A stretch of DNA of 45,404 bases from Halobacteriaceae archaeon Tc-Br11_E2g27 (GTDB lineage: Archaea > Halobacteriota > Halobacteria > Halobacteriales > Haloarculaceae). How positions within the stretch are numbered: position 1 is the stretch's first letter; each line of letters begins with the position of its first letter. Under the pieces are notes generated by a model. The model did no database searches. It was not told the DNA's origin and saw only the letters and a program-made list of their open reading frames with translations. Below, in pieces: positions 37,025 through 45,404 of the stretch. The stretch covers positions 1-45,404 of the forward strand of contig LKNH01000001.1 of assembly GCA_001564135.1 (NCBI GenBank), in the 5' to 3' direction. The position numbers and the translations under genes were made by a program.

Positions 37025-37720
37025 ATGGCATTACCGGACCCGCACGTTCTCATTAATTTCAAGGCCTACGATGGAACGGCAGCGAGAAATGGATTGTCGC
37101 TGCTTGAACAGATATCGACCATTCAGCAACGGACTGGCGCATCTTTTGTCGTCGCACCACAGATTGCAGACCTCTCGTTGAGTGCTAAAGAGAGTGATAT
37201 CCCTGTAATCGCTCAAGTGGCTACTGCGGGCAACAATCGAACACACAATGGACGAGTCCCAATACAAACAGTCGCAGCGAGTGGTGCTGCTGGCGTCGTG
37301 GTAAATCATCCAGAAAACGAAAGCAGTATCAGGACTATCGAGCGTGAAATTGCCGCCGCTAAAACCAGGGGTATTGAATCAATTGTTTGCGTAAATAGCA
37401 TCGAAATGGGACGTGCAGTACTCGAATTCGGACCGGATTGGTTGTTATTCGAGCGACCAGCGGATATTGCAAGTGGGACCTCGATGGCTGAGACTGCTCC
37501 GGAACGTGTCGAGCAATTTGTTTCGATGGTCGATGAGAAAGAACCAGACACGCGTGTAATGCTCGGTGGGGGAATCAGCGACGGTAAAGCGGTTGCAGAG
37601 GCATTTCGTTGTGGAGTTGATGCTGTTGGTGCGGCATCAGCATACGTTGATGCTGATAACAAGGAGGCGTGGTTATCGGAGGTTGCAAATGGAATGAACG
37701 CAATTTCAAACAACCAGTGA
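37025..37720 (+). CDS. tpiA: Archaeal-type triosephosphate isomerase homolog (divergent)
   Basis: INFKAY (catalytic Lys), VAPQ, NHPE (His), FERP (Glu), GGGIS; ATG 37025 preferred. Confidence 0.78.
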   Translation: MALPDPHVLINFKAYDGTAARNGLSLLEQISTIQQRTGASFVVAPQIADLSLSAKESDIPVIAQVATAGNNRTHNGRVPIQTVAASGAAGVVVNHPENESSIRTIEREIAAAKTRGIESIVCVNSIEMGRAVLEFGPDWLLFERPADIASGTSMAETAPERVEQFVSMVDEKEPDTRVMLGGGISDGKAVAEAFRCGVDAVGAASAYVDADNKEAWLSEVANGMNAISNNQ

Positions 37721-37957
37721 GACAAGCAAGCTAATTCTATTGTATCGAGAGACTGCAACAAACCGTATCAGTGAATTAACGAAGTTGAAGGCGTTACATT
37801 GCGTTTAGAATGAAATATTTGCTCAAATACAGTGAAAGCAGTCGGTCTCTTTCAAAAGCCACCCTTTTTTCAAAGTACGGTGAGCTTTTTCGCTTGAAGG
37901 GATGGATAGTGAGGTTTCCACCGTACTGATGCCGTTTCACTTTGACAAATACCATTA

Positions 37958-38049
37958 AATTACCATATCATCTAGTGTTCTTACTGAGCGTGTAGTCGAA
38001 GTTACCATCTATGGATATTTGCTTACTGAAAATTGGGCGCTAATAACAA
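37958..38049 (+). promoter_or_regulatory. Phased TTAC array with 21-bp period, ending in ATAACAA, upstream of the giant surface protein
   Basis: TTAC at 37960, 37981, 38002 and 38023, TAAC at 38044; alternating TTACCAT and CTTACTGA with a 42-bp period. Confidence 0.55.
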
Positions 38050-38076
38050 AACGACGGCTTACTGGTATCTTTTGAT

Positions 38077-41000
38077 ATGAGTCGAGACAAGGAGTTAACC
38101 AGAGCAGGTTATCTATCAAAAAGAAGAGGGCGAGCATGGCTCGTCCTTTTCGTTGTCGGACTGGCGATTATCGGGATGGGAGTCGTTCCTGGCGCGGTAT
38201 CGGCAACAGACTCGTCTGGCGACGCATCGCTCGACGGAACTGAGAAACTGACCGTAACAGAGGACGAATATGTTGAAGAAACAGCCATCGAAGAGACGTT
38301 CAACCTCTCGGACGCACATACGACAATTTTAGGAGATGCGACTGATTCACTTGGCCAGGGTGTTACTGGTGTTGCGAACGTCTCGGATAACGAAACGAAT
38401 GACATTGTGCTCGGTGTACCCGAAGCGGGCGTCAATGAGACTGGGGCTGTTCATCTCTTTTTCGACCCAGTGCCTGATGGGACTCTCGAAGTAGCTGACG
38501 CAAATCTAACACTCACCGGCGAAGCGGAAAATGATATGGCTGGATACGATGTCGCTTCTGCTGACATCACCGATGATGGAATCGACGAGCTTCTCATCGG
38601 TGCTCCGGGAACCGGCCCGGCGAGTGGTTCGCTGTACGTATTCTTTGGGTCCGAGCTCCAGGAGCACGCTGATGGCGAAAGCACGAATATCTCACTTGCG
38701 GACGCCTCCGCGACAATAACGGGTGAGAGCCCTGGTGATTTCTTCGGCCAATCGATTACGGCATTCGGCAACGAGTCAATGGTCACGGAGAGTGTAGAAA
38801 ACAACGAAACGACAGATGAGACTGTCGAAAGCGATGAAACTGATTCCTTCATCGGTGTTGGAGCACCCGGTGTGGACAATCAAACCGGTGCTGCGTATGT
38901 GTTTGATTCCATTCAGGCGATAGAAACGGCGGAACAGACGGCAACAAATGCAACAGTCACGTTCACCGGCGAGGAAACAGGTGACAATGCCGGCTTTTCA
39001 GTCGCAGCCGTTGAGAATTACACCGACGACGGAGACACGGTCCTTGCTGTTGGTGCACCACAGCATGATGCCGTCGGGAACGACTCCGGTGCGGTCTACG
39101 TGACAAATAACATCACAGAAGAGGAAGGTGATAGCACACTCGCGGACGCAGCGCTCACACTCGAAGGTCAGACTGCTGGTGATGAGGCTGGCTGGGCCGT
39201 TGCCGATGCTGGTGATGTCAACGGTGACGACCGGCACGATATCATCGTTGGGGCACCGTATAGCAACATGACGGGATACAATGCTGGTGCAGCCTACGTA
39301 CATTTCGCAGAATCTCACCAGGATGGCGTTCTGAGCCTTGGTGATGTCGATGCCATACTACAAGCCGATGCGCCGGATGACCTCGCAGGGTGGTCCGTCG
39401 CTGGCGCATCTTCCCTGAGTTGTGATGAACAGTACGGGGCCGTTCTGGTCGGTTCACCATCTAACTGGCAATCTCCAGATGCAGGACAAGCGGCAGGTAC
39501 TGCGTCGCTCGTGCACGGGTCAGACCTCACTGTCGAACCGGATGAGCGACCAGTGAACGTCTCTCTCACGGATGCACAGGCGACTTTTGTTGGAGAGTTC
39601 GAACAGGACCGCGCAGGTACGTCCGTCGCCGCGCCTGGTGACGTGACCGGAAACAACGATAGCGATGTCCTTGTCGGCGCACCAGGATACAACGAATCAC
39701 AGGGTGCAGTTTACGTCGTCGAAGGGGAGTGCCCAGTAGTCGACGAACCGGATGAGGAGCCAGACGAAGAGCCAGTTGACGACGCGTTCTTCGACGTGGA
39801 GATTATGGAGAAAAATGACCCAGTCGAAGCCGGTGAAACACTCGAAGTGACTGTTGGGGTTACCAACACTGGCGAAGAGGCTGGTGTGCAGGATATCCAG
39901 CTAAAAATCGGTGGTGAGCGTATTGACGTTGCGAGTGGAGTTGAACTCGACTCAGGAGAAAGCGAAACCGTTACGCTCACTTGGGATACCGACCCCGATG
40001 ATATCGGTGAGCATACCGTTGTTGTCTACAGCAAAGACGACCGCGATAAACAGCAAATTAGCGTGACCGAACCACCCACAGATGATGCGTTCTTCGACGT
40101 GGAGATAACCGAGAAAAATGACCCAGTCGAAGCCGGTGAAACACTCGACGTTACCGTCGATGTGACGAACACCGGAGACGAGGCCGGTACTCAACCAGTG
40201 TACCTGAAAATCAGTGGCGAGCGCGTAGACACATCCGAAGCTATCGAACTTGAGCCTGGTGAAAGTGAGACTGTGACACTGAACTGGGAAACTGACGCCT
40301 CCGATGTCGGTGACCATTGGGTGAAAGTTTACTCGAAAGATGACTCAGATAGGCAGCAAATTAGCGTAACCGAACCACCAGTCGAGGACGACTTCTTCGA
40401 TATTGAGATAGTCGAGAAAAACGACCCAGTCGAAGCCGGTGAAACGCTTAATGTCACGGTCGATGTGACGAACATCGGAGACGAATCTGGAGTGCAAGAC
40501 GTCCGTCTCAAAATAGGCGGAACGTATGTCGATTTGGCTGAAGATGTCGAGCTGGATCCGGATGAGAGCGAGACCCTTACACTGCGCTGGGACACCGGAG
40601 CAGCAGATGTCGGTGATCACGTCGTCAAAGTCCTCACCGAAGATGCCTACGACTACCAGAAAATTACCGTCGAAAAAGAACCGCCCGTCGGTGAGGCCTT
40701 CTTTGACGTCGACATAGTCGAGAAAAATGACCCAATCGAAGCCGGTGAAACGCTTGAGGTCACTACCGAGATTACGAATACGGGTGACGAGTCAGCCACT
40801 CAGAATATCAATCTCAAAATCGGCGGTGAGCGTATCGACATGGAAGAAGTCTCACTTGAGCCCAACGAAACTGAAACTGTCACACTGACCTGGGAAACCG
40901 ACGAAGACGACATCGGTGACCATTGGGTCAAGGTGTACAGCGATGACGACAAGGCCAAGCAACAGATTTCAGTCACTGAGCCGGATGTTGAGGAGGCATT

Positions 41001-43005
41001 CTTCGGGATAGAGGATATCACGAAAAACGACCCAATCAATGTCAATGAAACCCTGACTGTCGACGCCGTAATATCGAACAACGGCAACGAGACGGGCACT
41101 CAAAATGTCACACTCTCGATTACGGACGCCGACGGTGAAGAAATCCATACGGAATCGCAAGAGCTGATGCTCGACCCCGCACAAAATGAAACAGTCAGTT
41201 TCGAGTGGGATACTGCAGGTGTTGAAGCCGGTAACTACACGGCTACGGTGAGCACAGACGATGACGATTTCGAACAAGAATTTGCTATCGAGGATGTTGA
41301 GCCTGATGAGGCGCTCTTTGACTTAATTGATATTACGAAAAACGACCCAATTAACGTCAGTGAGACGTTAACCGTGGATGCAGTTGTCTCGAATAGTGGA
41401 GACGCAGCCGGCACACAGAATGTGACGCTCTCAATTACCGATGCCGAAGGCGAAGAAATATATACGGAATCACAGGAAGTGACACTCGACCCTACACAGA
41501 ATGAGACAGTTAACTTCGAGTGGGATACTGCAGCCGCTGAAGCCGGCAATTACACGGCTACAGTGAGCACTAATGATAGCGACATTGAGCAGGGATTCGC
41601 TATCGATGACGTGCCAGTCGACCCCGAAGAGATGGTGTTTGAGATAGATGACATCACGAAAAACGACCCAATCAACGTCAGTGAGACGTTGACTGTGGAT
41701 GCCGATATCTCGAACACGGGCGAGGCTACTGGGACACAGAATGTCACGCTTTCCATCACCGACGTGGATGGTGAAGAAGTTCACACGGAATCACAGGAAC
41801 TGACGCTCAACGCGACGGACAATGCGACAGTGAGCTTCGAGTGGGACAGTGAAAACGTCGAAGCCGGGACTTACACTGCCACTGTCAGTACTGACGACGA
41901 CACTATCGCCCAGGAGTTCGATATCGAGGAAGAGCCACTCGATCCAGCAGCGTTCGAACTTGAATTCATCGATAAGAACGACCCGATCGATGCCGGTGAA
42001 ACGCTCGAAGTAACGGTCAACGTCACCAACGTCGGTGAACAGGAAGGCACTGAAACGATCGAGTTGCTCGACTTCGACGGGAGCGTCGTCGATTCGGAAG
42101 ACGTGACACTCGGTCCCGGTGAATCCACACAAATCACACTGACGTGGGAGACTGGCGAAGGTGATGCGGGAACTGGTGACATCACCGTGCGGACCGCAGA
42201 CGGGGCGGTCAGTATTACACAGGAAGTGACCGTCGAGGAGCCAGACGAACCAGCGTTCTTCGAAATTACAGACATCACGAAGACGGACGGTGGTGAAATC
42301 GAAGTCGGGGAGACGCTGATGTTCGAGGCCACCATCGAGAATACCGGCGGCATGCAGGCCACCCAGAACGTCACGCTCTCTATTCTCGATGGAGATACCG
42401 TCATCGTCTCCGAAACGTTTGAAGTGACGCTCGATGCTGGCGAATCAGAAACTGTTACGTTGACCTGGGAGACTGAAACAGACGATGCCGGTGAGTACAC
42501 TGCGAGCGTCGACACTGCAGAGGATTCGGGCTCACAGCCTGTCACCGTTACTGAGCCACCCGCATCGACGGTTACCTTCTTCGGCTGTGGAAACGTCGAG
42601 CTAACCGGCCCTGACGAAGAGTTTCCCGCTGATGTGACGCTCCTCATCTACAACCCAGGACAGAACGAAGTGACAGAAGTCGATGAGACGCTCGAAGCGG
42701 GTGAGCGTCCAGGTAGTCCGGGTGGTCAACTCATCGGTATCGACACACCGTTTGGTATCTTCGAAAATCCCAACTTCAACTTTGACGAATTGAACTGTGG
42801 CGATTCCCAAGGACAGGCCGAGGGAGTTCCAGGTGACCCACGTGATAAAATCGACATCGAGGAGAATGGCGACGAGGAAACCGAGGAGAATGGCGACGAG
42901 GAAACCGAGGAGAATGGCGACGAGGAAACCGAGGAGAATGGCGACGAGGAAACCGAGGAGAATGGCGAGAACATGAATTCATCAGTTCCGCTACTGAGCC
43001 TATAA
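38077..43005 (+). CDS. 1642-aa secreted surface protein: seven FG-GAP (integrin-alpha-like) repeats, nine CARDB/Ig-like repeats, acidic tail
   Basis: Sec signal peptide (…GAVSA); seven xG(W/F/Y/Q/T)xV…G(A/V/S)P blades; nine F-x-x-x-(I/D)…KNDP…GET repeats; many N-x-S/T sequons. Confidence 0.9.
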   Translation: MSRDKELTRAGYLSKRRGRAWLVLFVVGLAIIGMGVVPGAVSATDSSGDASLDGTEKLTVTEDEYVEETAIEETFNLSDAHTTILGDATDSLGQGVTGVANVSDNETNDIVLGVPEAGVNETGAVHLFFDPVPDGTLEVADANLTLTGEAENDMAGYDVASADITDDGIDELLIGAPGTGPASGSLYVFFGSELQEHADGESTNISLADASATITGESPGDFFGQSITAFGNESMVTESVENNETTDETVESDETDSFIGVGAPGVDNQTGAAYVFDSIQAIETAEQTATNATVTFTGEETGDNAGFSVAAVENYTDDGDTVLAVGAPQHDAVGNDSGAVYVTNNITEEEGDSTLADAALTLEGQTAGDEAGWAVADAGDVNGDDRHDIIVGAPYSNMTGYNAGAAYVHFAESHQDGVLSLGDVDAILQADAPDDLAGWSVAGASSLSCDEQYGAVLVGSPSNWQSPDAGQAAGTASLVHGSDLTVEPDERPVNVSLTDAQATFVGEFEQDRAGTSVAAPGDVTGNNDSDVLVGAPGYNESQGAVYVVEGECPVVDEPDEEPDEEPVDDAFFDVEIMEKNDPVEAGETLEVTVGVTNTGEEAGVQDIQLKIGGERIDVASGVELDSGESETVTLTWDTDPDDIGEHTVVVYSKDDRDKQQISVTEPPTDDAFFDVEITEKNDPVEAGETLDVTVDVTNTGDEAGTQPVYLKISGERVDTSEAIELEPGESETVTLNWETDASDVGDHWVKVYSKDDSDRQQISVTEPPVEDDFFDIEIVEKNDPVEAGETLNVTVDVTNIGDESGVQDVRLKIGGTYVDLAEDVELDPDESETLTLRWDTGAADVGDHVVKVLTEDAYDYQKITVEKEPPVGEAFFDVDIVEKNDPIEAGETLEVTTEITNTGDESATQNINLKIGGERIDMEEVSLEPNETETVTLTWETDEDDIGDHWVKVYSDDDKAKQQISVTEPDVEEAFFGIEDITKNDPINVNETLTVDAVISNNGNETGTQNVTLSITDADGEEIHTESQELMLDPAQNETVSFEWDTAGVEAGNYTATVSTDDDDFEQEFAIEDVEPDEALFDLIDITKNDPINVSETLTVDAVVSNSGDAAGTQNVTLSITDAEGEEIYTESQEVTLDPTQNETVNFEWDTAAAEAGNYTATVSTNDSDIEQGFAIDDVPVDPEEMVFEIDDITKNDPINVSETLTVDADISNTGEATGTQNVTLSITDVDGEEVHTESQELTLNATDNATVSFEWDSENVEAGTYTATVSTDDDTIAQEFDIEEEPLDPAAFELEFIDKNDPIDAGETLEVTVNVTNVGEQEGTETIELLDFDGSVVDSEDVTLGPGESTQITLTWETGEGDAGTGDITVRTADGAVSITQEVTVEEPDEPAFFEITDITKTDGGEIEVGETLMFEATIENTGGMQATQNVTLSILDGDTVIVSETFEVTLDAGESETVTLTWETETDDAGEYTASVDTAEDSGSQPVTVTEPPASTVTFFGCGNVELTGPDEEFPADVTLLIYNPGQNEVTEVDETLEAGERPGSPGGQLIGIDTPFGIFENPNFNFDELNCGDSQGQAEGVPGDPRDKIDIEENGDEETEENGDEETEENGDEETEENGDEETEENGENMNSSVPLLSL
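39787..42555 (+). repeat. Nine intragenic ~300-320 bp CARDB/Ig-like domain repeats
   Basis: Units start at about 39787, 40090, 40393, 40699, 40999, 41314, 41635, 41950 and 42256; shared DNA such as GAGAAAAATGACCCAGTCGAAGCCGGTGAAAC. Confidence 0.85.
42859..42968 (+). repeat. Perfect 24-bp tandem repeat (about 4.6 copies) encoding EENGDEET
   Basis: GAGGAGAATGGCGACGAGGAAACC at 42859, 42883, 42907 and 42931, partial copy at 42955. Confidence 0.95.
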
Positions 43006-43049
43006 CAGTCGGTCCGACAACGTTTTTCGAGAGATAACAGTCGATAGCA

Positions 43050-43412
43050 CTACAGTTCAGCCTTCCAGATGGCAGTAATTTCTTTTTCGATATCTGCCGT
43101 ATCGAGAACCTGTAGTTCTGAAAGATAGTTTCGGGCTTCTGTGAGGTGTGTCTTCGTTTCGGATGGACCGTTGGCATACCGCGCTTTCAGCACCGAAAGC
43201 TCTGCCATATTGTATTCTAACTTTTCAGCAAGGATTTCTTCCATCGAAACATCATGGATTTCACTCTCCTCACGCGTCTGGTCGGCTATCCAGACTGGAA
43301 CCTCCAGTTGAACCACACAGTCTCTGGACGGGAGTGAGAGCGTACAAACCTCAGTTTCGCACGAGTCAGTGTTCCACGGAACAATAACATATTCCTGTTC
43401 AGTACTCTCCAT
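43050..43412 (-). CDS. Hypothetical acidic protein
   Basis: 120-aa Glu-rich ORF filling the gap; TTTATA about 25 nt upstream on the minus strand. Confidence 0.65.
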   Translation of the reverse strand: MESTEQEYVIVPWNTDSCETEVCTLSLPSRDCVVQLEVPVWIADQTREESEIHDVSMEEILAEKLEYNMAELSVLKARYANGPSETKTHLTEARNYLSELQVLDTADIEKEITAIWKAEL

Positions 43413-43487
43413 GGATAGCTAAACGAAAAGAACATATAAATGTACGAGCCGCTTACCTTAATAGGGTAAATTAGAATAGTTTGTCGC

Positions 43488-44669
43488 TCACGAAAGAAGT
43501 CGTACCGCCGAAAAACCACCAAATCCGACGACGATAGCCAGGACGAAAGAAGCCGCCCATGCAAAAATAGTCCACCCAATTTTGGAGCGACTTACGCCAG
43601 CCCCTGCAGCTGAAGCGGCTCCCGCTCCAGTGACGCCACTAACAATAATCTGGTTGAAAGAAACCGGGATACCAAACAAAATCGCGACTTGTGCGAGTAT
43701 AAATGCAGGAATCAATGCTGCAAGTGCCCGTCGAGGGCCAAGCGAGGCGTAATCCTGCGCAACGGCCTTTATCATCCGCGGGGCGGCAGTCCACGCACCG
43801 ATAAGCAGACCAATACCACCGCCAACAAGAATAGCAATAAGCGGCACAATATCATCAAGCAGCGGCAATAGCGGGCCGACTGCAAGCCCAACCTGACTTC
43901 CACCGGCCGAAAAGGCGACAATCGCACCCATCGCAAGTGCAAACCGTTGTTCGGCCTGTATGACTCCGTTTCTGGCCTGTTTAGAGATTAACACACCAGC
44001 AATGACCGCAAACAGTAATGAGATACTGAGAATTCCGACAAACGTCGGTCCAGGGATGTACGCACCGCCAGTTTGAGCGAGCGTGGCACTCCCCTCAGCC
44101 GGGCCAAGAACGGCGAACTCTATATTGGCGATAATGAGCCCGACAATTGCACCAAGGGCGGAGATTGCGAGGTCTTCACGATGGTTTTCATCACGTAACC
44201 ATATTGCAATTCCGTATGAGAATGCTGCTCCAACAAACGGTGTGAGTGTCCACATAAGCCCAATCTCGAGATATTTCGCCCACGCAGGCTCTCCACCCAT
44301 AGCTAGTCCGACACCGATGACTGCACCAGTCACAGTGAATGCTGTTGCAATGGGATAGCCGGTGAAAATCCCGACCGTTACTAGCGTAGCAGCGATGATA
44401 AGCGCCATCGCCGCTGCTGTGGTAGAGAGCGTTTGACCCTCAATCAAATCCCTGCCCACTGCTTCCGAAACATTTGCTCCCTGTAAGACAGCCCCTAAAA
44501 AGATACAGAGACCAACGATGAACCCAGCCTGCATCACAGAAATAGCTCTCGCACCGACGGCTGGTGCAAACGGTGTGGACCCTGCAGAGCCTGCTCCGAT
44601 AGTCCAGGCCATAAACATGCTGGCGATGATAGCAGTAACAAAAAGTGCGCCAGAAAGGATCTCAACCAT
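43488..44669 (-). CDS. Inorganic phosphate transporter (PiT family)
   Basis: MAWTIGAG...FAPAVGA, GYPIATA, SAGGSQVG and GIPVSFNQ motifs; ATG 44669 preferred. Confidence 0.87.
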   Translation of the reverse strand: MVEILSGALFVTAIIASMFMAWTIGAGSAGSTPFAPAVGARAISVMQAGFIVGLCIFLGAVLQGANVSEAVGRDLIEGQTLSTTAAAMALIIAATLVTVGIFTGYPIATAFTVTGAVIGVGLAMGGEPAWAKYLEIGLMWTLTPFVGAAFSYGIAIWLRDENHREDLAISALGAIVGLIIANIEFAVLGPAEGSATLAQTGGAYIPGPTFVGILSISLLFAVIAGVLISKQARNGVIQAEQRFALAMGAIVAFSAGGSQVGLAVGPLLPLLDDIVPLIAILVGGGIGLLIGAWTAAPRMIKAVAQDYASLGPRRALAALIPAFILAQVAILFGIPVSFNQIIVSGVTGAGAASAAGAGVSRSKIGWTIFAWAASFVLAIVVGFGGFSAVRLLS

Positions 44670-44861
44670 ACTAAACAGATTTAAAACCGTTTTCAGTACA
44701 GTACGGACCGCAGTTGACAACGGACGATGCGTCGTGGGTGGCTTCCATTGGGATACCAGTTTCTGTGGTTGTCAGAAGTATAGTGATTACGAATTCCGAG
44801 AGGTTGTTTGTTCCTGTTTTTGTGTGCCTTACAATGACCATTCAGTCACTGATACTCACTA

Positions 44862-45404
44862 ATGAGTACTGCGAACGGAACAACGAGTGAGCGACCCAAC
44901 ATTATTCTTGTCTCGATTGATAGCCTGCGTGCAGACCACTGTGACCCACTCGGGAGTATGCAAGGGTTGACCCCGATGATGGATAAACTCGCTTCCGAAG
45001 GAGTGAACTTTCGAAATGCGGTATCGACCGGTCCACAAACCTTCTCATCGATGCCATCCGTGTTCACCGGCCGAGCACGTCCTAGTGATACACTTGAACA
45101 ACGTACTGCAGCGACCCATTGGGAGAGGCGGCTTGAGTCTCTGAACGAACACATGCAGTCGTCCACGACACTTGGACAGAAGTTACAGCTACAGGGCTAT
45201 ACGACCGCTGCTGTCACCCCGAATCCGTGGACATCGAAAGCCGCGGGGTTTACTCGCGGGTTCGATACATTCGTTGACCTCTCGCGAGAGGGTTCTGACA
45301 GTGACTGGGTATCACGACTGGAGGCATTCCCAGGAATTGACACGGAAGATAGAGCAGTCAAGCTCCTTGTGAATATGGTGACTGGGAGTTCATTTTTCGC
45401 AAAG
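44862..45404 (+). CDS. Sulfatase-like / alkaline phosphatase superfamily protein (5' part, runs off the window; absent from the ORF track)
   Basis: Open from ATG 44862 to the window end: RPNIILVSIDSLRADH, TPMMDKLASEG, GPQTFSSMPSVFTG, GYTTAAVTPNPW, GFTRGFD. Confidence 0.88.
   Translation, partial: MSTANGTTSERPNIILVSIDSLRADHCDPLGSMQGLTPMMDKLASEGVNFRNAVSTGPQTFSSMPSVFTGRARPSDTLEQRTAATHWERRLESLNEHMQSSTTLGQKLQLQGYTTAAVTPNPWTSKAAGFTRGFDTFVDLSREGSDSDWVSRLEAFPGIDTEDRAVKLLVNMVTGSSFFAK

Noticed and set aside
37958-38049. Degenerate CRISPR array or iterons
   Set aside because: The conserved part is only 4-8 bp per 21-bp unit; no cas or rep/orc gene nearby.
41871-42647. 258-aa minus-strand ORF
   Set aside because: Antisense shadow of the acidic repeat region of the giant surface protein.
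42859-42968. CRISPR-like repeat
   Set aside because: Head-to-tail 24-bp units without spacers, in frame within a CDS.

Overview
Haloarchaeal DNA (strongly acidic proteins, TTTATA-type promoters, Tat lipoprotein, DUF7344-type wHTH proteins) with two modules separated by an AT-rich spacer (~20300-20960). Left module (291-20299): an IclR-associated catabolic island. It holds a LeuCD-type hydratase, HMG-CoA-lyase-family lyase, class III CoA-transferase, cyclic amidohydrolase, isochorismatase-family amidase, SDR, alpha/beta hydrolase, TAXI-TRAP and MFS transporters, MBL hydrolase, LLM oxidoreductase, a frameshifted SnoaL-like gene, a flavoprotein dehydrogenase and two MmgE/PrpD paralogs. Its core reads as an inferred cyclic imide -> half-amide -> citraconate/maleate -> (R)-citramalyl-CoA -> pyruvate + acetyl-CoA route. 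Right module (20964-end): a cell-surface locus with a scattered WbpA/B/E/D-like diacetamido-uronic-acid pathway, DUF354, a GT-C-like membrane protein, DUF1616, a QueC-like PP-loop enzyme and four DUF7344-type wHTH paralogs (two membrane-tethered). It also carries an unannotated 35-aa gene, Hsp20, a divergent TIM, a 1642-aa FG-GAP/CARDB surface protein, a PiT transporter and a partial sulfatase-like gene. Non-coding signals include an ATAACAA motif upstream of several surface genes, a 21-bp-phased TTAC array upstream of the giant surface protein, and an 84-bp palindromic MITE-like element. Best candidate for an undescribed system: a surface-coat regulon run by membrane-tethered wHTH regulators. 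Second candidate: the catabolic pathway. All family calls come from motif recognition by eye; no database search was run. No rRNA, tRNA, CRISPR or transposase was seen.
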